Shown: positions 1-7,658 of the stretch, in pieces | Layout: each line of letters opens with the position of its first letter | How positions within the stretch are numbered: position 1 is the stretch's first letter | NCBI GenBank assembly: GCA_040289575.1 | Contig: PSLL01000005.1 | Location: forward strand, 86,309-111,476 | Source of the DNA: Candidatus Dadabacteria bacterium | GTDB taxonomy: Bacteria > Desulfobacterota_D > UBA1144 > Nemesobacterales > CSP1-2 | Direction of reading: 5' to 3' | DNA: 25,168 bases | Made by a program: the position numbers and the translations under genes | Notes under the pieces: generated by a model | The model's database searches: none | The model's input: the letters and a program-made list of their open reading frames with translations, nothing else | Told to the model about the DNA's origin: nothing

Positions 1-81
1 GACATAGGCCAGAGGGTAAGGGTAAGGGTTATTGAAGCCGATGTAGAAAGAAGGAGAATTATGCTGGAGCTAATTGAGTAG
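1..81 (+). CDS. 3' end of an S1-domain protein (RNase R-like C-terminus), partial
   Basis: Frame 1 reads DIGQRVRVRVIEADVERRRIMLELIE* (TAG 79-81). This resembles the end of an S1 domain (G..V.V.V...D...R.I.L). Only 26 aa are visible, so Tex or other S1 proteins cannot be excluded. Confidence 0.55.
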   Translation, partial: DIGQRVRVRVIEADVERRRIMLELIE

Positions 82-87
82 TATTGC

Positions 88-103
88 TGTGTAGGCCTAC
101 ACA
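88..103. repeat. Perfect 16-bp palindrome between convergent genes (possible terminator or binding site)
   Basis: TGTGTAGGCCTACACA is its own reverse complement and lies between the stops at 81 and 138. Confidence 0.45.
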
Positions 104-137
104 CATAATTCCGTTGGCAATCCGCGCTTCGCCATAA

Positions 138-773
138 TCATTTAATTGATAAGAATTCCCTTATCAATTTCTTTAGCTCTTTAATCTTCTCTAAATCAAT
201 CATCGGTGCTACGGCGTAAGCACCTGACATTAGATACTCAGCGGCCTCATAGGGACTCATCATGCCGGTTGGAATTAGTTTTATTCTTGGAAGTATTTTT
301 CTAAGAAATGCAAGCCAGCTTAATCCTCCCATTTTTCCGCATGGGAAAAGGCTTATTGCATGTGCTCCTAAATCGTAGGCATTTAAAATCTCGGTTGGGG
401 TAAACGCGCCTGAGGCATGAAACACCTTCTCCTCCTTACACCTTCTTATAATTCCTCTATCTACATTCACGGAGAAGATAAATGTCGCTCCTGTCCTTAT
501 CGCAATCCTCGATTCCTTCTTTGTCGAGATGGAAAAGGCACCCATATTTCTCTGTCCCTGTCTTCTAAGGGACTTGAGCAAGTCCTTAGCACCGTGGGTT
601 TGAAAATCAACTCCAATAAGATTAAATCCAATCTCCCGGATTATATTAGACGCTTCTAATAGGGATTCGGTTGAACCCCCGGTAAGTAAAAAGAATATTC
701 TTTCCTTTTCGATTAACTCTAATGTTCGCTTGTAGATTTCTTTAGGCGTGGGTTCAATCTGTTTTTTTGACAT
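138..773 (-). CDS. KDPG/KHG aldolase (Eda)-fold protein lacking catalytic residues
   Basis: Likely start is ATG 773 (MSKKQ..., 211 aa), because the longer ORF extension runs through palindromic repeats. Eda-like blocks: GATFIFS, GAFTPTEI..A..LGA, LFP, GG..W, KLIPTG, EYL..GA.AV. Confidence 0.75.
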   Translation of the reverse strand: MSKKQIEPTPKEIYKRTLELIEKERIFFLLTGGSTESLLEASNIIREIGFNLIGVDFQTHGAKDLLKSLRRQGQRNMGAFSISTKKESRIAIRTGATFIFSVNVDRGIIRRCKEEKVFHASGAFTPTEILNAYDLGAHAISLFPCGKMGGLSWLAFLRKILPRIKLIPTGMMSPYEAAEYLMSGAYAVAPMIDLEKIKELKKLIREFLSIK

Positions 774-781
774 ATTTTTTA

Positions 782-985
782 GCCACAAATTTACACGAAT
801 GAAAAGAGATGCAGTTACCGTCACAATGGTACTGCATAGTTTTGCCATACCCAAGTGTAGTAATTGGGAATCCATGAATGATAATGGATTCCCACTAAAT
901 ACGTGCAGGAATGACAAATAAAAACATTATATTGTGGTGTCGTTGCGATTGAATTAATTCGTGCAAGTTTGTGTTCATTTGTAGC
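782..985. repeat. Outer imperfect inverted repeat built from ~10-bp units (GCCACAAATTTACACGAAT ... ATTCGTGCAA-GTTTGTGTTC-ATTTGTAGC)
   Basis: The reverse complement of 782-800 (ATTCGTGTAAATTTGTGGC) matches 957-975 and 967-985 with a few mismatches. Confidence 0.5.
843..916. repeat. REP/dRS3-like palindromic element, copy 1
   Basis: Perfect inner 11-bp inverted repeat TGGGAATCCAT (865-875) / ATGGATTCCCA (884-894). Outer arms are TGCCATACC / GGAATGACA. It shares GGATTCCCACTAAA and GGAATGACAA with the copy at 19815-19927. Confidence 0.7.
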
Positions 986-1004
986 GAATTCAACATTACT
1001 TAAT

Positions 1005-1092
1005 CGGAGGGGGTGGGATTCGAACCCACGAGGGCCCAAAGGACCCTACCGATTTTCGAGACCGGCGCTTTCGACCACTCAGCCACCCCTCC
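1005..1092 (-). tRNA. tRNA-Ser(CGA)
   Basis: Minus strand reads GGAGGGGTGGCTGAGTGGTCGAAAGCG-CCGGT CTCGAAA ATCGG-long variable arm-GTGGGTTCGAATCCCAC-CCCCTCCG. Anticodon CGA, discriminator G, CCA not encoded. Confidence 0.96.
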
Positions 1093-1110
1093 CAATATAG
1101 AAATTCTTAA

Positions 1111-1119
1111 ATTATACCA
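1111..1119 (-). promoter_or_regulatory. Extended -10 promoter for tRNA-Ser
   Basis: TGGTATAAT (TGn-TATAAT) on the minus strand, 18 nt upstream of the tRNA 5' end. Confidence 0.6.
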
Positions 1120-1219
1120 TTTCATTCTCGAAATTGTTTGGAGAAGGAGGGCGACGATAAGTTAATTCTATCACCGAATATTTTGGAAAACCCATCGGGT
1201 GTGTTAACTTTTTCCTACT

Positions 1220-3724
1220 GTGCAGAGGAATTCTCTTTCAGAAAAAGCAAGAGAGAAGATAGAGGAAACCATAAAGGAGTCTCTGGAAAACGAGGTCTTT
1301 TTTGCAGGCTCTCTTGATGAGAATGGAGTCGTTGATAACATAAGGGTCATCGCTCGTGGAAACGATTATTCCGTTCCTGCCGTAGTTGATTCCGTCAAAT
1401 CAGGTGAAGTTGTAATCCATAATCATCCCTCTGGGAATTTGACCCCTTCGGATGAAGATATACGCATGGCAGGGGTATTTGGAAACCTAGGGGTCGGTTT
1501 TTACATAGTAAATAACAGTGTGTCAAAGCTCTACGTTGTAGTCGAACCGTTTGCGAAAGAGGAACTGAAAAAACTTAATACAGAAGAGATAAAAAAAACC
1601 CTCCTTCCCGAAGGCGAGATTTCAAAGGCGATGGGTTCCCAGTATGAGCTTCGCCCAGAGCAATTGGATATGGTCGAAGCCGTGACCTCTGCTTTTAATG
1701 AGGGATTAATATTGCTTATTGAGGCCGGGACAGGAACAGGAAAAACACTCGCCTATTTAATCCCCGCAATCTACTGGTCTCTCATAAACGGTCAAAGAGT
1801 AGTTGTCTCGACCAATACAATTAATCTCCAGGAACAGCTTATACAGAGGGACATTCCACTTGTCCACCGCAGTTTATCCGAGAAATTTAAATATTCGCTT
1901 GTAAAGGGGATGAGAAATTATCTCTGTCTTCTCAGAGTCGAGACGGTTACGGACGGGCTTTTAGACCTTGCCGATGATGAGGAGATAGATACACTGAGGA
2001 GTATTGTCGAGTGGTCAAAGGTCACTCAGGACGGCTCTCTTTCGGATTTAAATTTCAATCCTCCTGAGGACGTTTGGGATAAGATTGCCGCCGAGAGCGA
2101 GAGTTGCCTTCGCGCAAGATGTCCCCATTACTCAAGGTGCTTTTTCTATAAGGCGAGAAGGGAAATCTCTTCGTCTCAGATTCTTGTTGTAAATCATCAT
2201 CTGCTTTTTTCCGACTTGTCTATAAGAGGAGCAAGCGAAGAGAGTGAGACGGGGATTCTGCCGGCATATAAAAACATCATTTTTGATGAGGCCCATCACA
2301 TTGTAGATGCCGCAACATCCCATTTTGGAATGAGGACTACCAAGTATGGGATTATAAGGATGCTCAGGCGTCTTAAGAGAAGAGGAAGCGGTGGCGAGAT
2401 GAAGGGTCTCATATTCTATACGGTATCCCTTGCAACAAAGCTTCAGAAATATTTTAGAAAGGGAATCTTAAGCGCCGTGCTAAGGAGGGTAGAGGAGATT
2501 CTCTCGCCTCAGGTTGATAGGACTGAAGAATATGTGAGAGACGCCTTTGATACCCTTTACTATTTTGTAGTTCCCATGATAAAGGATGGAGGCACAGAAG
2601 AAATTAATATCAGAATCACGGATGAGGTGAGAGAAAAGGGAGGATGGAAGGAGATTGATAAGAAATTTTCTCTCCTTAGAATCAGATTGGAGGAGTTGCA
2701 CGAAGAGATAAAGGCGTTTGTAGATGTGCTCGCGGACTACGAAATTGAGCCTGATGTTGCAAGGGTTCTCGTGGAGTTTAAAGGGACTGCAAATAAGATT
2801 AACTTTTACTCGGAGGTGATCCGTTCTTTTCTCGATTCAGGAGACGACGGATACGTAAGGTGGGTTGAAGGAAGGATAAGGAGGGGAGAGGTCATATCCG
2901 GAATTGGGCTTTCGCCCCTTGATATTTCCCCTCAATTGAAAGAGAGGCTCTATTCAAGATGCCGGGCGATTGTGATGACCTCAGCCACGCTTGCCGTAAA
3001 GAGGAGTTTTAACTTTCTAAAATCTAGCCTCGGCTTAGAGGGAAACGAAAGGGTAATGGAGATTATTCTTCCCTCCCCTTTCAACTATAAAGAGCAGGTG
3101 ATTCTTGCAATTCCTACAGACATTCCGGAGCCGATGGAAAGGGGATATTCTGAAAGTCTCTCTCCGATTATATTGGAAGCCGTAAAGGCCTCCCAGGGGA
3201 ACGCGCTTATCCTCTTTACGTCTTATTCTCTTCTTGATTCAGTTTATAAGAGGATTGAAGAGGAATTAGCAGAACTCGGAATTATCCCTTTAAAACAGGG
3301 GAACCTTCCGAGAGCCAGGCTTCTTGATAGATTTAGAATCGAGGATAATTCTGTTCTTTTTGCAACCGATAGCTTCTGGGAGGGTGTAGATGTTCCGGGC
3401 GATGCGCTGAGGCTGGTTGTAATCACAAGGCTTCCGTTCAAGGTTCCCACAGAACCTATACTAGAAGCGAGGGTTGAACACATGGAGAGTCAGGGCATAA
3501 ATTCGTTTATTGAATATATAGTTCCCGTTGCAGTACTCAAATTCAAGCAGGGTTTTGGAAGGCTCATAAGAACCAAGACGGATAGGGGCGCAGTTTTGGT
3601 TCTCGACAAGAGAATCATAACCAAGCACTACGGAAAATTCTTTCTCGATTCACTTCCGGAGTGTAAAAAGGTTATTGGATTGGCTGAAGATGTGGTGGGG
3701 GGGATTAAACTTTTATTTCAATAA
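1220..3724 (+). CDS. dinG: DinG/XPD-family Fe-S helicase with N-terminal RadC-like JAB/MPN domain
   Basis: N-terminus has NEVFF...HNHPSGNLTPSDED (JAB metal motif). Helicase features: Q motif RPEQ, Walker A AGTGTGKT, Fe-S cysteines NYLC...ESCLRARCPHYSRC, FDEAHH, TSATL, SFWEGVDVPG, QGFGRLIR. Confidence 0.92.
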   Translation: MQRNSLSEKAREKIEETIKESLENEVFFAGSLDENGVVDNIRVIARGNDYSVPAVVDSVKSGEVVIHNHPSGNLTPSDEDIRMAGVFGNLGVGFYIVNNSVSKLYVVVEPFAKEELKKLNTEEIKKTLLPEGEISKAMGSQYELRPEQLDMVEAVTSAFNEGLILLIEAGTGTGKTLAYLIPAIYWSLINGQRVVVSTNTINLQEQLIQRDIPLVHRSLSEKFKYSLVKGMRNYLCLLRVETVTDGLLDLADDEEIDTLRSIVEWSKVTQDGSLSDLNFNPPEDVWDKIAAESESCLRARCPHYSRCFFYKARREISSSQILVVNHHLLFSDLSIRGASEESETGILPAYKNIIFDEAHHIVDAATSHFGMRTTKYGIIRMLRRLKRRGSGGEMKGLIFYTVSLATKLQKYFRKGILSAVLRRVEEILSPQVDRTEEYVRDAFDTLYYFVVPMIKDGGTEEINIRITDEVREKGGWKEIDKKFSLLRIRLEELHEEIKAFVDVLADYEIEPDVARVLVEFKGTANKINFYSEVIRSFLDSGDDGYVRWVEGRIRRGEVISGIGLSPLDISPQLKERLYSRCRAIVMTSATLAVKRSFNFLKSSLGLEGNERVMEIILPSPFNYKEQVILAIPTDIPEPMERGYSESLSPIILEAVKASQGNALILFTSYSLLDSVYKRIEEELAELGIIPLKQGNLPRARLLDRFRIEDNSVLFATDSFWEGVDVPGDALRLVVITRLPFKVPTEPILEARVEHMESQGINSFIEYIVPVAVLKFKQGFGRLIRTKTDRGAVLVLDKRIITKHYGKFFLDSLPECKKVIGLAEDVVGGIKLLFQ

Positions 3725-4145
3725 TGGATTGACCACCTGAAGATCATCAAAACGAGAAAAATCTTTATCCGTTGTGTAAAGCTTAGCTCCCTGTTCAATC
3801 GCCAAAGCAGCCAGATGGGCATCCATTACCAGTGGACCATTTGCCTGTCCATCTTTAAGCAGTTTTGAAAGGACCGTCTAGTGACGCTCTGTAGGGTGTA
3901 ACACATCAACTATTGGGTGATCAAGCCACTCTTGAACTATTGAGGTTGCCTCAGATATTGTGAAAGGATTCTCAAATATTCTATGATTTGTTGATATTAT
4001 CAGAAATGTCAATAATTGTGACCCATGCCATCCTAATCGGTTGAGGCTCTGAAAGAACCTTTTCCAACCAGATACACGCCTTGTTATGATGCTCGCTGGA
4101 ACTATCATAGGAGTAGAGCAATAGATTCGCGTCAGTGATTATCAT
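3713..4145 (-). pseudogene. vapC: VapC/PIN-domain toxin pseudogene
   Basis: Reconstruction: MIITDANLLLYSYDSSSEHHNKACIWLEKVLS...AWVT / frameshift ~4010 / LTFLIISTNHRIFENPF...HPTERH* (TAG 3878-3880) TVLSKLLKDGQANGPLVMDAHLAALAIEQGAKLYTTDKDFSRFDDLQVVNPLLK*. The PIN acidic motifs D.N, DAHLAA and TTD.DF are present. Confidence 0.88.
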
Positions 4146-4154
4146 TTACAAAGG

Positions 4155-4382
4155 TTATTCTATTTGCTCTAGAAGTTCACCGATATTATCGTAATTGACT
4201 GTAATTCGTGGGTTCAATTTTTTAGGATGAACGTTGAAAGGTTCGATTTTATGTTCCTTGGGCATGTTTAGTCCATTCGTAAGACTGCATTCACCGTTTC
4301 TTTGAAGGATTGCCCGCTACGCCTCATCTCTTCCTTTAGCTTAGCAGCTATATCATCGTCTAATGTTAATGTTGTTCATCAT
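4155..4382 (-). pseudogene. vapB: VapB-type ribbon-helix-helix antitoxin pseudogene
   Basis: Reconstruction: M(R)TTLTLDDDIAAKLKEEMRRSGQSFKETVNAVLR / GLNMPKEHKIEPFNVHPKKLNPRITVNYDNIGELLEQIE*. Indels occur right after the ATG and near 4277. It lies directly upstream of vapC. Confidence 0.8.
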
Positions 4383-4417
4383 ATCATGATGATGCTATAG
4401 AGACATCGTGATATCAA
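4381..4417 (-). promoter_or_regulatory. Putative vapBC operator inverted repeat overlapping its promoter
   Basis: ATATCATGATG (4381-4391) / CATCGTGATAT (4404-4414) is an 11-bp inverted repeat with 1 mismatch. On the minus strand, TTGATA-N17-CATCAT overlaps it. Confidence 0.55.
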
Positions 4418-4506
4418 GAGTCTTAAGAGGGGATAATAATGTACATTTAGATTGACAATATTCCGAGCCTCAGAAATACTTAATTAACCCATTTTATTGA
4501 GGAATC

Positions 4507-5754
4507 GTGTTATCCCATAAATTAATCATAAAATATCTCACTATTATTGGAGTTACTGTATCCAAAGAAGGAGCCAAAGCGACCTCCGCAATATGGACGT
4601 TTCCTTCGGTTATTATTTCTGCAATGCTGATTGCCTGGGCGGCAGAAGCGGCTCAGTTTCTTATCTCTCAGGGGCTTGCCCTTGCTATACTCGCGTGGCT
4701 CCAGACGCTTCCCGAATTTGCTGTAGAGGGTGTAATTGCCTGGACTGCAGGAAAAGACCCCGCAAAGGTTCATCTCGCTACTGCCAACCTCACAGGTGCA
4801 ATAAGACTTCTTCCAGGGCTCGGCTGGCCCCTTATTTTCTTTACAGCTTTTATCTTTAACAGGATTAAAAATAAAAGGAACCTCAAGGAAATAGTCTTGG
4901 AAAAAGAGCATTCTGTAGAGGTTCTCTCTCTACTTCCTCCTCTTATTTACTTCGGAGTGATATTTCTTAAAGGTACTTTCAACGTAATAGACAGCTTGGT
5001 GCTTATTCTTATCTACTGCGCTTATCTCTATTGTCTAAATAGAGTTCCGCCTCAAGAGGCTGAAGGAATAGATGAACTCGAACCCATTCCCAGAAAAATA
5101 CTCTTTCTTAAGCCACTCTTTAGAAACTCTACGATCGTCGGGCTGTTTTTTGCGGGCGGCTTAATCTTATTTTTTGTAGCGGAGCCTTTTCTCCAAAGCA
5201 TGTTGGGTCTTGCCCTGACATTGGGGGTTTCCGAATTCGTCTTTGTACAATGGGTTGCTCCTTTCCTATCCGAGTTTCCGGAGAAGGTCAGCGCATTTTA
5301 CTGGGCAAGGCAGGTAAAAAAGGCACCTATCGCTCTGATGAATATGGTTTCATCCAACATCAACGAATGGACGATGCTTGCCGCTGTGATTCCGATTGTA
5401 TTTAGCATAAGCTCTGGCAGCTTCTCTACAATACACTTCGACCATCTCCAGCTTACAGAAATTCTCCTTACAATGGTTCAGTCATCTCTTGCATTCCTTC
5501 TTCTTCTTAATATGAGATTTAGCTGGTATGAGGCTCTGGGGCTTTTTCTTCTCTGGGCGATTCAACTTGTAGAACCGCACTTAAGAGAGGAGATAATATT
5601 TATTTATGTTGCCTGGATAGTATTTTGTTTTATTGAAATCCTAATCGGCTGGAGAAAGCCCCAGGCTTTTACGGATTTCTCTGAGATTTTAAGGAACCAT
5701 ATTTTAGTCCCAAGGCTGTCATCGGACGGAGTAAATCCTGAGAAAAGAAAATAA
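4507..5754 (+). CDS. Ca2+:cation antiporter (CaCA, Na+/Ca2+ exchanger family) membrane protein
   Basis: About 10-11 hydrophobic helices in two halves, with alpha-repeat motifs QTLPEFAVE...ATANLTGA and LSEFPEK...MNMVSSNIN. Confidence 0.8.
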   Translation: MLSHKLIIKYLTIIGVTVSKEGAKATSAIWTFPSVIISAMLIAWAAEAAQFLISQGLALAILAWLQTLPEFAVEGVIAWTAGKDPAKVHLATANLTGAIRLLPGLGWPLIFFTAFIFNRIKNKRNLKEIVLEKEHSVEVLSLLPPLIYFGVIFLKGTFNVIDSLVLILIYCAYLYCLNRVPPQEAEGIDELEPIPRKILFLKPLFRNSTIVGLFFAGGLILFFVAEPFLQSMLGLALTLGVSEFVFVQWVAPFLSEFPEKVSAFYWARQVKKAPIALMNMVSSNINEWTMLAAVIPIVFSISSGSFSTIHFDHLQLTEILLTMVQSSLAFLLLLNMRFSWYEALGLFLLWAIQLVEPHLREEIIFIYVAWIVFCFIEILIGWRKPQAFTDFSEILRNHILVPRLSSDGVNPEKRK

Positions 5755-5825
5755 ATAAGAATCAGGATACGGTATATAGGATGCAAGAGATGGAAGTCAG
5801 AAGTATTTCCCTATATTCTGTATTT

Positions 5826-7466
5826 TCATTCTGGGATTCTCTCTCTTGCTTCTAGCACCTTTGCTGCTACCGCTTCTATATTCTCTTCGTCTACAAAAGG
5901 CGAAAGTATATGAGATTTTAGCGCGACTACCGGCTCGCCGTATGTCGTATGGCGGTAGCAATCGGTAAACGAAATCACTGCACCCCGACCAGCCATTGCC
6001 TCATCATGGATGTATTTCGCAATACGACGGTTGTAGTCGTTGTAACGAATAAGTGTGTCGCGGAATGCCGGGTCGGTTAACTCTTGTTCCTTAATCTTGA
6101 ATGTATCTACGCCATCGGGATATACCCTAAAGAGGGTTACAGTGCCGAAGTTATCGCGATTGAGCACGGTTGTGTAGGCATGTCCTTCTAAGTGCTCGCG
6201 AAGGAGCTGCGTCATCTCGACAATGTGTCCCAGAATTGATCTCAATCCCTGTTTCCCGAACAGTTTCAGATTAGCAAGGGCTGCAAGCACGCCCGTTCCG
6301 CTTCTTGATGTTTCAAGTGTATACATTCCCGGTCTGTACTCACCAAAGCGGTATAGATATGGCATCCGCTCGTAAGAGCGCATGAGGAGTTCTATATCTT
6401 TTTTATCCTTAAAAATCACAAGGCTCGATATGTAGGGTGTAAAACCCGTCTTATGAAAATCTATCCCGACTGAGTCGGCAAGGTACAGATGGCGAATTCT
6501 GTTACATGCGCCCGCAAGTGCACGGACGGTGCGGGGTCGAAAGCCCAGAGGATTCGTCTCAAAGGGATAATCGTTAAACACAGACCATGCCCATCCAATC
6601 ACGGCATCTGCATGAACGTGAGGGCGATAGGGTAATTTAAACTCTTCTACCAAACCGTCGCGCAGTTTTACAACTTCTTCTATGTCGTCGAGGCCGAACG
6701 CATCTGTCGTACCCATAGTGCATATAAAACCCGCGATCTTTCTGCCCTCTAAGAGCGCCTCATGTGCCGCCTTGCTAAGCGCATTAGTATCCATTTCATT
6801 TCTCATATTTGTCGGAATTGTAACTAGATTTTTTGTGCCTAATCCCAACCAGCCTGCAACATTGTAACGGCAGTAGTGGCTGCAATCGCTTCCAAAGATC
6901 ACAGCATCCTCGCGCACCCCATTTTCCATCGCATTTGGAATTGCCTTTTCAATCCCCACCTTTATCCCATACAACTCCGTGCCCGTGCCGCCGAATGTGA
7001 ACACACCGGATGACTGCGTGGGATCATATCCTATCAGCCTTGATGTCATCCCTGCGACCTCAGTCTCGGCAAGTGCAATCTTATAGCTGTGTTCGTCTGA
7101 TGCCAGATTTGGGTTTGCGAGCCCCGACAAAAGGATGCCGACCAGAGAGGCAATTGAAAGCGGCGGTACGACATTCTGCTGTGTATGCGGATGTCCCCAG
7201 ATTGTCATACCTTCCAGGTAATCGACGAGCGCCTCTGTCACGTCTTCTAAAGTTGATGCCTCTTCGGGCAGATGTGCTACTTGTGCTGCCGTGTAATTTA
7301 ACCTTTCCCGTGTGCCTAATATTGGCAGTTCACCCTTGAGCGCGTCCACACCGTCCAACGCACGCATGACGGTATGAACCAGATATGAGTCGTGGATGCG
7401 GTCACTTACGGGCCGTGGGAAGTTAATACGGATTTTATTGAGCATATTGCGGTAGGGTACAGGCAT
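5826..7466 (-). CDS. Group II PLP-dependent amino-acid decarboxylase (GAD/DDC/DABA-DC family)
   Basis: GVFTFGGT, SHY, TMGTTDAFGLD, HVHADAVIG, DSVGIDFHK (PLP lysine), TLETSR. The substrate cannot be determined from sequence. Confidence 0.88.
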   Translation of the reverse strand: MPVPYRNMLNKIRINFPRPVSDRIHDSYLVHTVMRALDGVDALKGELPILGTRERLNYTAAQVAHLPEEASTLEDVTEALVDYLEGMTIWGHPHTQQNVVPPLSIASLVGILLSGLANPNLASDEHSYKIALAETEVAGMTSRLIGYDPTQSSGVFTFGGTGTELYGIKVGIEKAIPNAMENGVREDAVIFGSDCSHYCRYNVAGWLGLGTKNLVTIPTNMRNEMDTNALSKAAHEALLEGRKIAGFICTMGTTDAFGLDDIEEVVKLRDGLVEEFKLPYRPHVHADAVIGWAWSVFNDYPFETNPLGFRPRTVRALAGACNRIRHLYLADSVGIDFHKTGFTPYISSLVIFKDKKDIELLMRSYERMPYLYRFGEYRPGMYTLETSRSGTGVLAALANLKLFGKQGLRSILGHIVEMTQLLREHLEGHAYTTVLNRDNFGTVTLFRVYPDGVDTFKIKEQELTDPAFRDTLIRYNDYNRRIAKYIHDEAMAGRGAVISFTDCYRHTTYGEPVVALKSHILSPFVDEENIEAVAAKVLEARERIPE

Positions 7467-7588
7467 AGAATTCTTACTTAAGAATATATCAAATTGAGGT
7501 TTGTATCAAAAGGCTGAAGCAGTTTATAAAACGAGTAGGCAGGAACACTTTCCATCTGATTGGTGATTCCTCTAAACCCCAGTTTTCT

Positions 7589-7617
7589 TTGACACCCAGT
7601 TGCCGCTCGTATAAACT
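7589..7617 (+). promoter_or_regulatory. sigma70-type promoter of gyrA
   Basis: TTGACA-N17-TAAACT, followed by Shine-Dalgarno AGGAGGT before ATG 7659. Confidence 0.65.
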
Positions 7618-7658
7618 TTATAGGTCTTTTATATAGATATTAGGAGGTGTGTGTTTAG

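Noticed and set aside
774..917. 48-aa N-terminal extension of the eda-like ORF
   Set aside because: It runs through palindromic repeats; family similarity starts after Met at 773.
821..1039. 72-aa ORF (MGPRGFESHPLR...)
   Set aside because: It is a translation of the tRNA-Ser T-arm and adjacent repeats.
1220..3724. DinG as a type IV CRISPR (CasDinG) or defence-system component
   Set aside because: There are no cas genes, CRISPR array or defence-like partners in the window, and the context is housekeeping.
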